Assembly: GCA_022763105.1 (NCBI GenBank) | Contig: JALEGK010000011.1 | Span: 15,671 to 79,670 of the forward strand | Length of the DNA stretch: 64,000 nt | Reading direction: 5' to 3' | Origin: Rickettsiales bacterium | Lineage (GTDB): Bacteria > Pseudomonadota > Alphaproteobacteria > Rickettsiales > UBA3002 | Shown here: one piece after another, positions 10,673 to 19,241 of the stretch | Layout of the letters: each line of letters begins with the position of its first letter | How positions within the stretch are numbered: the stretch's first letter is position 1 | Notes under the pieces: generated by a model | Seen by the model: only the letters and a program-made list of their open reading frames with translations | What the model was told of the DNA's origin: nothing | Database searches by the model: none | Program-made: the position numbers and the translations under genes

Positions 10673-10723
10673 CGCTAAGCCTTGGGAGCTTAGTTTATCA
10701 AGAAGGAGTATGGTTTGCTTACC

Positions 10724-11209
10724 TTACGACTTGAGCTTTTTGGCCTTTCCCTCTATGAGCTTTGCGTCATTACCACGCTCTGCATTGATTGGAATCATAC
10801 GCGGCTTGGCTTCTTCGGGCACGATGCGGGAGATCAGCACGCGCAGTAGCCCGTCTTTATGTTCTGCCGATTGCACGCGCATGTAATCGGCAAGTCGGAA
10901 GGTGCGTTCGAAGGCACGGGTCGCAATACCACGATGCAGGTACTCGACCTTATCCTCTTCTTCACGCGCTTCGATACGACCAGAAATTTTTAGCTCTTCC
11001 TTCTCGAGCGTTATGTTCAAATCTTTATCGGAGAAGCCAGCGACTGCCATGGTGATGGTGTAGTCATTGTCATTATGCTTCTCGATATTATAGGGCGGAT
11101 AGGCCAGCGAAGAATCATCTGTTTCGGACAGGCGATTAAACAATTCATCGAAGTGATCAAAGCCGACGCTTCGTCTGAAAAGCGGGGCGAACGAAAGGGC
11201 TGTTGTCAT
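10724..11209 (-). CDS. small heat-shock protein, Hsp20/IbpA family
   Basis: Alpha-crystallin domain (PPYNIEKHNDNDYTITMAVAGFSDKDLNITLEKEELKISG). SD AAGGAGG. Confidence 0.9.
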   Translation of the reverse strand: MTTALSFAPLFRRSVGFDHFDELFNRLSETDDSSLAYPPYNIEKHNDNDYTITMAVAGFSDKDLNITLEKEELKISGRIEAREEEDKVEYLHRGIATRAFERTFRLADYMRVQSAEHKDGLLRVLISRIVPEEAKPRMIPINAERGNDAKLIEGKAKKLKS

Positions 11210-11330
11210 GAGTGAACCTCCTTAACAAGCAAGATTAAACAACAAAATTAAACTAAACATAAGAGCACCACACCCGCACTGGCATGTGGTTACACGGCCA
11301 TGCATGCACCGTGTCTCTTACGTAATAAAA
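11210..11330 (-). promoter_or_regulatory. ROSE-like RNA thermometer in the hsp20 5' leader
   Basis: On the minus strand AAUCUUGCUU-GUU-AAGGAGGUU-CACUC-AUG. The UUGCU box can pair with the SD, leaving a bulged G. An upstream GC-rich hairpin is also present. Confidence 0.45.
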
Positions 11331-11397
11331 TTTAGTGCGCTGTGAAATTATTCAAGAGGTCAGATGAAATTTTTTGCAAAAAAATGCTGCAGCAATT

Positions 11398-12219
11398 TTA
11401 AAAGCCAAGCGCGACCACGTCTGCTACAAATTCTTCTGCATCGGCAAAACGAACCTCGTCTTCGCCTAACGTCGTAATGTTGGTGAGTGTTAGGGTGTGC
11501 CCGCTACCAAAGTCGATGACCAAACCGGTTTCTCCAAGTTCAGAATTCTCGATCATGGTGGCGTAATCTTCGATTTCGTTTGAACCTAAACCTGTCGCTA
11601 AGATGAGTACATCTTCAAAGCGGGTGAAATCGCTGACGACATCGACGTTACCGATCTGTGTGAAGAAGAACTGATCCGCACCATCGCCACCAATCAACGT
11701 ATCAGCACCGAGCTGGCCGATCATGACGTCATCACCGTCTTGTCCGTAGATGATATCGTCTCCCGCACCGCCAAAGAGTGAATCGCCTCCGGTGCCACCA
11801 TAAATACTATCGCTGCCACCATTACCCACGACGGTATCAGAACCTGCACCGCCATTTATGACATCTGCATCATCTTCCGGGTGCGCCAGACCGCCGCCAC
11901 CAGATAGCACGTCATCGCCATCTTGCCCGTCAATAATGTCCAGCCCGATACCTCCGTAAATGGTGTCGTTGCCACTATCTAAGCTTTCCTCTAAACCGCC
12001 GCCATAGATGGTGTCGTTACCTGCATTTCCGAACAGCCAATCCTCGCCACCTTCACCTGCCATTACATCGGCTGTGTCGATGGTATCGGCAATGGCAGTG
12101 CCGCCATAGATCGTATCGTCGCCATCGCCACCGAGCATACTGTCGATGCCGATTGTGCCGATTAACGTATCATTTCCGTCTGTACCAATGGTGCTTGAGA
12201 TAGCCGAGCCTCCTGTCAC
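11398..12219 (-). CDS. RTX (hemolysin-type calcium-binding) repeat protein
   Basis: About 15 GGxGxDxxx nonapeptide repeats (GGDGDDTIYGG, GNAGNDTIYGG, GGAGSDTVVGNGGSDSIYGGTGGDSLFGGAGDD) and an acidic/hydrophobic C-terminal tail. The only start is a GTG at 12219, directly after an in-frame TAA, with no SD. Confidence 0.75.
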   Translation of the reverse strand: MTGGSAISSTIGTDGNDTLIGTIGIDSMLGGDGDDTIYGGTAIADTIDTADVMAGEGGEDWLFGNAGNDTIYGGGLEESLDSGNDTIYGGIGLDIIDGQDGDDVLSGGGGLAHPEDDADVINGGAGSDTVVGNGGSDSIYGGTGGDSLFGGAGDDIIYGQDGDDVMIGQLGADTLIGGDGADQFFFTQIGNVDVVSDFTRFEDVLILATGLGSNEIEDYATMIENSELGETGLVIDFGSGHTLTLTNITTLGEDEVRFADAEEFVADVVALGF

Positions 12220-12331
12220 TTACTTGTATCAGCGTGTCATCTTGGTTTGCAACACGTTACTCTTAAATTTAGCATGACTGCCGCAGCGATCAAACACGGA
12301 ATATCGCTATTCATTTCAGCCATTTAAGGCG

Positions 12332-12820
12332 TTACATCGCATGCGTTAATGGCTCATGGGCCGTTTCATCGAGTAAAATACCCATATGAAAGGCGTCTAG
12401 CAGCCGGATCACGGCGTGTAATTTTGTGAGATCGAGCGGCTTATCCATATAGATATAAACGCCCTGCTCACGTGCTTGGTGCAATCGCTCGACACTGGTT
12501 TTACCCGACATGATGACAACGGGATAATGATTGGAGCTATCACGGGCGAGCCAGTCAGATGGAATGACCTGATTGGACAAAAACTCTAGCCCATTACCAT
12601 CAGGCAACTCGATGTCGAGGAACAACAGATCAACGTGATGATGCTGCATGTAATGTGCCGCCGATTGAATGGTACCGCAAAACTGCACATCATTGGTTAG
12701 GTTGTTACCGTCAAAAAAGGCTTCGAGCAATTTGCAATCCACCGAGTCATCTTCGACGACGAGAATATTAGCCAATCGCCATTGCCAGTGAATGGCTTTC
12801 TGTGTGTCTTTATCTGTCAT
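12332..12820 (-). CDS. stand-alone response-regulator receiver domain protein
   Basis: VVEDD, LLFLDIELPDGNG (phospho-acceptor Asp) and MDKPL (conserved Lys). No output domain. ATGA overlap with the upstream orf104. Confidence 0.85.
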   Translation of the reverse strand: MTDKDTQKAIHWQWRLANILVVEDDSVDCKLLEAFFDGNNLTNDVQFCGTIQSAAHYMQHHHVDLLFLDIELPDGNGLEFLSNQVIPSDWLARDSSNHYPVVIMSGKTSVERLHQAREQGVYIYMDKPLDLTKLHAVIRLLDAFHMGILLDETAHEPLTHAM

Positions 12821-13131
12821 GATGCGCTCATCATTTGTTGAATATAGCTATGCACGCCAAGGCCAATGATGGCGGCAAAGGCAATCGCCAATGCCTTGAA
12901 TAACGTCGCCCATAGAATGCGCATGGATTGGTGGAAGCTGCGGCGCACATCGCGCAGCAATTGAAAGTCGGCACGGGTTTGTTGCAGGTTGGCGCTTGGG
13001 TCAATGATGCCATAATGCAGCAACCAGTGATGCACCGGATCTGTTTTGTGCTCAGCATCGGCATGCTCTGTGAGCTTTAAAATATCGGCATGCAATGCGT
13101 CGTCATGTTTTGAAGATGTGATGTAATACAT
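12817..13131 (-). CDS. His-rich tail-anchored small membrane protein (ORFan)
   Basis: 104 aa with a strong SD (CAGGAGAG). Seven His in the first 40 residues and a single C-terminal TM segment (ILWATLFKALAIAFAAIIGLGV). Confidence 0.6.
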   Translation of the reverse strand: MYYITSSKHDDALHADILKLTEHADAEHKTDPVHHWLLHYGIIDPSANLQQTRADFQLLRDVRRSFHQSMRILWATLFKALAIAFAAIIGLGVHSYIQQMMSAS

Positions 13132-13169
13132 AGGCTCTCCTGATGAGAGCTTAGCGTGGCGCCCGCCCG

Positions 13170-13730
13170 TCAGGAAGGGTCAGCGGATGCTTCGATCATC
13201 TGCTCGATCTGTAATAGGTCCGGAATGTTCAGCTCGCCGACATATTTTTTCACCATGCGCCCTTCTCTATCGATCAAAATCGATTCGGGTAGACGGTAGG
13301 TTTGGAAGATTTCATTGCCAATCGTGCCACCTTCATCCCAGCTATGAAAGGCATTCTCTAACGATGATTCATCTGAGCCTTGCAAGGCATCGATAAAGGT
13401 TTTGGCTAGCCGCGGGGTTTTATCTAAGCTGAGCGTGATGAGTTGTAGATCCTCTGAATTATCTGCGGCAAATTCTAACAATCGGGGGAATTCTTTGACG
13501 CATGGCCCACACCAGGTCGCCCAGAAATTTAGCAGCACATATTGCCCACGATAATCAGATAGCTCTGCGGCATCGTCATCATAGAGCGAGAGGAAGGTCA
13601 CATCGGGCGCCAGGTTGCTCTGGTCCGCTTCTGTACTCGCGGCGCGTGACGCGTCGCGCTGCATATCCGAGAACATCCAGATTGCCGCAGCGATTACCAC
13701 AAAAGCTATCATCATTTTTTTCGGACTCAT
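13170..13730 (-). CDS. TlpA/ResA-like periplasmic thiol:disulfide oxidoreductase
   Basis: N-terminal anchor MSPKKMMIAFVVIAAAIWMF and thioredoxin motif WATWCGPC. ATGA overlap with the ccsA stop at 13727-13730. Confidence 0.85.
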   Translation of the reverse strand: MSPKKMMIAFVVIAAAIWMFSDMQRDASRAASTEADQSNLAPDVTFLSLYDDDAAELSDYRGQYVLLNFWATWCGPCVKEFPRLLEFAADNSEDLQLITLSLDKTPRLAKTFIDALQGSDESSLENAFHSWDEGGTIGNEIFQTYRLPESILIDREGRMVKKYVGELNIPDLLQIEQMIEASADPS

Positions 13731-15568
13731 GCTGTCTGCCTTTTCCGTAAAGATCGCGTGCGCATATATAGCACCGAAATGAGCGCTACCTCTATAGCAC
13801 AAAATGCGGCCAACCCAAAGGCGGCTTCTTCGGTGAAGCCATAAGAATGCAATCCGACATTGAGCAAGTTCACGCCAAACCATGACAGCGCAACAATGAT
13901 CGTGCTGCAGCTAAGCAATGCCGCAAAGCCATAGCGTCCTAGCTTGCCTGCCCATTTGCCATGCAGCAACCACACCAGCCAGAGCACGATGAGTAATGCG
14001 CCATTTTCTTTTGGGTCCCAACCCCAGAAACGCCCCCATGATTGATCGGCCCAGATGCCTCCTAAAATGGTGCCGACTGTGGTAAAGAGCAATGCTATAA
14101 TGGTGAGCATGAGCAATGCAGAGTGACGTGATTTATCGGGCGCAATCAGTGCAACATGCCCTGCCAGTCCGGCAATGAGTGTGGCGCCGTAGCCAATGGT
14201 GATGCAGACCACATGCGTTGCCAGCCAGAAGTTGGTATTGAGCACAGCGACCAGCACGCCCATACCGTCTTCGCCTTCGCCTAAATACAGCCCACTAATG
14301 CTAAGCAGAAATGCACCTAGCCCCGCGCCGATTACCATGCCTTCGGGGTAGGCTTTGCGTTTGGCAAGCCACAGCCCTAGCAGGGCCGCAATGAATGCCA
14401 CGAAGAGCACGGATTCGTAGAGCGTGCCAATGGGTGGGCGGCCAAGCACCAAAATGCGAATAATAATAGCAGCTGCATGCAATACGACGCTGGCGCCGAG
14501 CACATGACACGCCATGCGAGCTGCACGTAGATGTGGCTTGGATAGAGCGTAACATGCCAATAGTAGCGCGGCGACATAGCCCAGCATACTTAGCTCAATC
14601 AAATGGGCATCATAGTATAATTGCTCTAGCACCAAATCCCAACTTGAGACCATTTCTTGGCTTTGCATGCTCGCATTCAGCGCTGCAATCGATTGCAACC
14701 ATTGCGCCTGATCGCCTGCATGATACGCATCCATCAAGCCTTGCCATGAGGCAAACAGCTTGGCGGTGCTCGGCGAGCCTTTGCCATCATTGATAATCTC
14801 CCACGGCGAGAACCATTCTGGCTCTTCGCTCCAATCCGACGGGATAACGCGCAACAAATGATTATCGCGGCCGATGGAATGCAGCGATGCGTAGCGGTAG
14901 GAAAGCATGAGCAAGCGCTGTTCCCAATCGCTGTAGCGGCTGACATCATCGCCTTTCTTTTTCGCGATACGCTTCACTTCATTCTCAAGTGGGTTGAGCA
15001 TGTTGGCGACATCGATATAACGCCAGCGACTTTGTTTTGATTGCTGCATCCAATCGCGCAGCTTATCGTTCGTCTCAATCTTTTGCGGCAAGAGTAGTGA
15101 TAGGCTGCCGGTGATCTGCGTCATCGCATCGACCGCTTCGTATAGCTGCCAGATTCGACGTTCGGTCGCGCTGTAGCTATTGGCGTCTTTATTAGCCAGA
15201 CGTGTTAGCAGCGCCTTGTGTTTTTCCAGCGCCGGAGTGACTTCGCTATAGGCATAAAACCCGGATTCGCGTTCGGTGAGGTTGAGGAAACTCACCAGCG
15301 TATCATCGGCAATGGCAAAGACTGGCTGGTGGATGGCAAGGTCCGGGCGGAAGAGTGCTTGTGCCAACCATTCTGTCGCATTCATATTGGGAAGCTGCTC
15401 GGCCTTATGCATACGTCTTAGCTCTAGTTGGGCAAAGCGCTCTATCGGCTTAATGCGCCCTTCATGCAGAATGGGCAGCGCACCCAGTGCGTTGACATTA
15501 AGTGACTCTGCCTGCGCCGTGTGAGCAAGCAGCAACCACGCCATAAGGCTCAGTAGCAGCGCTCTCAT
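13727..15568 (-). CDS. ccsA: System II cytochrome c biogenesis protein CcsA/ResC with a long N-terminal periplasmic extension
   Basis: Signal peptide MRALLLSLMAWLLLAHTAQA and WWD domain WGRFWGWDPKENGALLIVLW. SD GGAGGAG. ATGA overlap with the resB stop. Confidence 0.9.
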   Translation of the reverse strand: MRALLLSLMAWLLLAHTAQAESLNVNALGALPILHEGRIKPIERFAQLELRRMHKAEQLPNMNATEWLAQALFRPDLAIHQPVFAIADDTLVSFLNLTERESGFYAYSEVTPALEKHKALLTRLANKDANSYSATERRIWQLYEAVDAMTQITGSLSLLLPQKIETNDKLRDWMQQSKQSRWRYIDVANMLNPLENEVKRIAKKKGDDVSRYSDWEQRLLMLSYRYASLHSIGRDNHLLRVIPSDWSEEPEWFSPWEIINDGKGSPSTAKLFASWQGLMDAYHAGDQAQWLQSIAALNASMQSQEMVSSWDLVLEQLYYDAHLIELSMLGYVAALLLACYALSKPHLRAARMACHVLGASVVLHAAAIIIRILVLGRPPIGTLYESVLFVAFIAALLGLWLAKRKAYPEGMVIGAGLGAFLLSISGLYLGEGEDGMGVLVAVLNTNFWLATHVVCITIGYGATLIAGLAGHVALIAPDKSRHSALLMLTIIALLFTTVGTILGGIWADQSWGRFWGWDPKENGALLIVLWLVWLLHGKWAGKLGRYGFAALLSCSTIIVALSWFGVNLLNVGLHSYGFTEEAAFGLAAFCAIEVALISVLYMRTRSLRKRQTA

Positions 15569-16698
15569 TGCTCCTCCTGCATGCGCTTATCGCGCTCTTT
15601 CATGCGGGTGATGCTGTGCCAGATCAGCCCCACCCCAATCACGAAACTTGAGATGTAGGGGAATAACCAGCCGTCATTTTTGACCACCGCTAACACGCTG
15701 ACCGTGCGGTCACGCTCTTGTGCGAGCGATGCTTGGTAGAGTGTATAGCCCTGAATACGCAGCGGCTCATTCATACGGATAAGGCTGCTATATTCAATAT
15801 CCTCTTGTTCGTGGATGGTCACCGCTGATTGATATTCGCGCGCCATCTCGCTTCCCGGATGGGTGAATTTCTCGACGGATTGCAGTGAGATCGCAAAGGG
15901 CAATTCGCGCTCGGTGCGGCGCATGGCAAGCTGATAGGTCGCGCCACCCAACTCAAAGGATGATGGGTGCGGCAAACTCTCAAACGCAATATAGATGCCG
16001 TCGATCTCATCGGATGCGCCGGTAACATATAGCATGGCACCGGTTTGGTTTTCCTCATCCTGCTTCATCAGGTTTGCATCTTTCAGATCAAAGCGCGCAG
16101 CAATATGATGGCGCGGCGTATCTGATTCTGGCACTTCGGTAGGCATACAATTGCGGCAATAATTCACGATGCGGATATCAAATGGCATTGCCTCTGCTTG
16201 CAGCACCATCTCGTCATGCAGATCATGATGCGGCAGTTGCAGGATCACCTCATCGTCTTTTATCACGACGAACTCGCGCGCATGATAATCGGAGACGATG
16301 TGCTTCTTATCACCTGCCCCAAGCGCCACATAGCCTTCTTGTGCCGTCAGTGACGTCAGCACGCCACCCAGCAATAACAGCAACGCACCGATATGCGTTA
16401 GGATAATGCCCGCATTGCGCCAGCTCCAATAGGTAGCAAACACAGTTTTGATGAAAAGCGGAATGGTGATGAGGCTGAGCACTAGATACACGCCGGGCAT
16501 GGGAATGGGACCATACCACACCACCCAAGAGGCAAAAAATAGTCGCTCCGCCTCATATAGCCCGATGGCACGCTGCGCCAATGTGCCCAGAATTAGTAGC
16601 ACCATTAGATAGGGCATGACGTAGAAAATAATCGCCGGGGAGCTGAGCGTTTTCAGACGTGTTTGCATGCGCCCTGTTATAGGGGCATGGTTAAGCAA
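15565..16698 (-). CDS. System II cytochrome c biogenesis protein ResB/CcsB-like
   Basis: 377 aa. N-terminal TM pairs, a large periplasmic loop, and a C-terminal TM after the YTLYQAS motif. Start is ambiguous: TTG at 16698 or ATG at 16668. Confidence 0.75.
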   Translation of the reverse strand: MLNHAPITGRMQTRLKTLSSPAIIFYVMPYLMVLLILGTLAQRAIGLYEAERLFFASWVVWYGPIPMPGVYLVLSLITIPLFIKTVFATYWSWRNAGIILTHIGALLLLLGGVLTSLTAQEGYVALGAGDKKHIVSDYHAREFVVIKDDEVILQLPHHDLHDEMVLQAEAMPFDIRIVNYCRNCMPTEVPESDTPRHHIAARFDLKDANLMKQDEENQTGAMLYVTGASDEIDGIYIAFESLPHPSSFELGGATYQLAMRRTERELPFAISLQSVEKFTHPGSEMAREYQSAVTIHEQEDIEYSSLIRMNEPLRIQGYTLYQASLAQERDRTVSVLAVVKNDGWLFPYISSFVIGVGLIWHSITRMKERDKRMQEEQ

Positions 16699-16719
16699 AT
16701 TCTATTACTTTTGGATTTG

Positions 16720-17841
16720 TTAGCCTTTATTACCACCAAACATGCCACCGACTGCGTCCCATTCGCTGTCGATTGCTTCCTTCATGGCTTCCATATCGAT
16801 CTCTTCTTCACCCAGCACTGCTTCGCGCTCATCAGCCAGCTTGGCTTCTGCCTCTTGTTTGGCAGCTTGCTGCTCTTGCTCAGATTTGATCGCCCGGGCT
16901 TTATCATCATCCCAATCTTTCAGGCATTCAAACGTCAAGCCGTATTGGGTGCTGCTGCGTGCTGCAACATAGACAGCGACATGTGGCAGGCGCGTCTCGA
17001 TGATTTTGATAAAGCGCTCTCGGATATGGTCTGGGGTGGCACAGCCAAAATAGATCGCATCGATGGCGAGCGGGTTGTATGGCACGTCTTCAAACTTATC
17101 GCGGCTAATACGGCGCAGGCAGCGCCATTCTTTTTCATAAGACCATTCCAGTGCTTTGGTGAAGCACAGATCTTCAAAGACTTTGCGCGGGTTTGGTGGC
17201 TTGGCTACCGCCACTTTGAATAGCTCGTGGTTTAGCGCTTCGGGCATATTATTCGAATATTGCACTGGCTGGCAGACAGCGAAATCGTAAGAGCCATTAT
17301 GACGCTGCGTGCGCAGTTGAATCACCACGCCTTTATGGTTGTCGGCATAATGCGTCCACATTTGCATGTTGTTTTTCGTGGCCGAAGCGCAGAAAAAGCC
17401 CAGCTGTCTTGAGAAGGCATCGACCTGGTGGTTGACCTTGCGCGAGACCTCTTCGATCTTGCGGTATTTCGCCTTAATATTGCTCTCTAGCGTCGCGTAT
17501 AGCTGCTGGCGGTTACTTTCCTGCTCGCGCTTGATCGACATAATCACCGACTTGATCGCCGGATTCATATCGCCACCTTCAAAGTACGGGTTGGAGACCA
17601 TGGTGCGCGCTTCACGCATGAATTGCTTGGTTTCCTGATCGGCATCAAACTTACGCAGCAGATCAAACTGCATCTCGTACGGATCGTGGAATTGGTCTTG
17701 CAAGCTCCAGCGGAAAACTTGTGATTCCACGGCATTCATGCCGGCATCCAAATCCATATATTTATATAAGGTCACATTTCGCTTCTGTGACAGCATCTCT
17801 TTGAGGTCTTCGGTAAAGATACGTTTGACGGCTTCTTCCAT
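16720..17841 (-). CDS. DUF2971-like protein with acidic/Lys-rich coiled C-terminus
   Basis: N-terminal LYKYMDLDAGMNAVESQVFRWSLQDQFHDPYEM resembles the DUF2971 signature (Y.Y....l....l.fs....fNDP.E). Identification is from memory only. Confidence 0.5.
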   Translation of the reverse strand: MEEAVKRIFTEDLKEMLSQKRNVTLYKYMDLDAGMNAVESQVFRWSLQDQFHDPYEMQFDLLRKFDADQETKQFMREARTMVSNPYFEGGDMNPAIKSVIMSIKREQESNRQQLYATLESNIKAKYRKIEEVSRKVNHQVDAFSRQLGFFCASATKNNMQMWTHYADNHKGVVIQLRTQRHNGSYDFAVCQPVQYSNNMPEALNHELFKVAVAKPPNPRKVFEDLCFTKALEWSYEKEWRCLRRISRDKFEDVPYNPLAIDAIYFGCATPDHIRERFIKIIETRLPHVAVYVAARSSTQYGLTFECLKDWDDDKARAIKSEQEQQAAKQEAEAKLADEREAVLGEEEIDMEAMKEAIDSEWDAVGGMFGGNKG

Positions 17842-17993
17842 GCTCAGCCTTATGTTTGGTTAGTCGCCTATTTAGTGTATGGATTCCACGCGATTGTGCA
17901 ATCAATTGCTTCACATTAAATCGTCTAGAAACTAATCAATGTCACATCCGTTCGATTCTGCAACATGGGTGAGGAAATGCGCCGGATAGCGGC

Positions 17994-19241
17994 TTAATCA
18001 TCCGTCATTTTGAGGGCTGCGATAAAGGCGCTTTGCGGGATATCGACATTGCCGATAGAGCGCATCTTTTTCTTACCTTTTTTCTGCTTTTCCAGAAGCT
18101 TGCGCTTACGGGTAATGTCACCGCCATAGCATTTTGCGGTCACATCTTTACGCATGGCAGCGATGGTCTCGCGGGCGATGATTTTACCGCCAATTGCGGC
18201 TTGCACCGGAATCTTGAACAGGTGGCGTGGGATGAGGTCTTTGAGCTTCGCGCACAAAGCCCGACCACGTGTTTCTGCCTGGCTGCGGTGGACCATGAGC
18301 GCCAGCGCATCGACCGGCTCGCTATTGACCAGCACGCTCAGCTTGACCAGATCACCCGGCTCGTGGCCTGCCATTTCATAATCGAAAGACGCATAGCCTT
18401 TTGAGCAGCTTTTTAGACGGTCATAAAAATCAAACACCACCTCGTTGAGCGGTAGCTTGTAAATCGCCATGGCGCGGGTGCCGACATAGGTCAGCTCTTC
18501 TTGCACGCCTCGTTTTTCGGTACATAGATTCAGCACATTGCCCAAAAACTCGTCGGGCACCATGATGGTGGCACGAATCCAAGGCTCGCGCACTTCCTGA
18601 ATTTTGACAACGTCGGGGTAATCGACCGGATTGTGCAGCAAAATCTCTTCGCCATCGGTCATGGTTAGCTCATAGACCACGCTTGGCGCGGTGGTGATCA
18701 GATCGACATCATATTCGCGCTCTAGCCGTTCTTGAATAATCTCTAGGTGCAGCAGCCCCAAAAAGCCGCAGCGGAAGCCTAGTCCCAATGCCGACGAGCT
18801 TTCTGGCTCGTAAAGAAAAGACGCATCATTCAGATGCAGCTTGCCCAAAGAATCGCGCAAGTGGTCATACTCGCCATTATCCGTCGGGTAGATACCGCAG
18901 AACACCACAGGCTGCACGGGTTTGAAACCTGCGAGTGGCTTCTCGGTCTGGCGTTTTTCTTCTGTAATCGTGTCACCGACCTTGGTATCGGCCACCTGCT
19001 TAATACCGGTGATGATATAGCCAACTTCACCCGGACCAAGCGATTTGACTTCTTCCGTCTTTGGGGTGAATACGCCCACCTGGTTCACATCTTGCGTGAC
19101 TTTCGCATTCATGAAGCGGATTTTCTGGCCCTTCTTCAGTTCGCCCTCATAGACGCGCACCAAAATAATGACGCCGAGATAGGTGTCGTACCAGCTATCG
19201 ATGAGTAGCGCTTTGAGCGGATTATTGATCAGACCAGACAT
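17994..19241 (-). CDS. lepA: elongation factor 4 (LepA), C-terminal piece (domains II-V plus CTD); gene interrupted
   Basis: [30 protein letters not shown] ... [24 protein letters not shown] ... [23 protein letters not shown]. 415 aa, no frameshifts. The ATG at 19239-19241 directly abuts the resumed LepA sequence. Confidence 0.9.
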   Translation of the reverse strand: MSGLINNPLKALLIDSWYDTYLGVIILVRVYEGELKKGQKIRFMNAKVTQDVNQVGVFTPKTEEVKSLGPGEVGYIITGIKQVADTKVGDTITEEKRQTEKPLAGFKPVQPVVFCGIYPTDNGEYDHLRDSLGKLHLNDASFLYEPESSSALGLGFRCGFLGLLHLEIIQERLEREYDVDLITTAPSVVYELTMTDGEEILLHNPVDYPDVVKIQEVREPWIRATIMVPDEFLGNVLNLCTEKRGVQEELTYVGTRAMAIYKLPLNEVVFDFYDRLKSCSKGYASFDYEMAGHEPGDLVKLSVLVNSEPVDALALMVHRSQAETRGRALCAKLKDLIPRHLFKIPVQAAIGGKIIARETIAAMRKDVTAKCYGGDITRKRKLLEKQKKGKKKMRSIGNVDIPQSAFIAALKMTDD

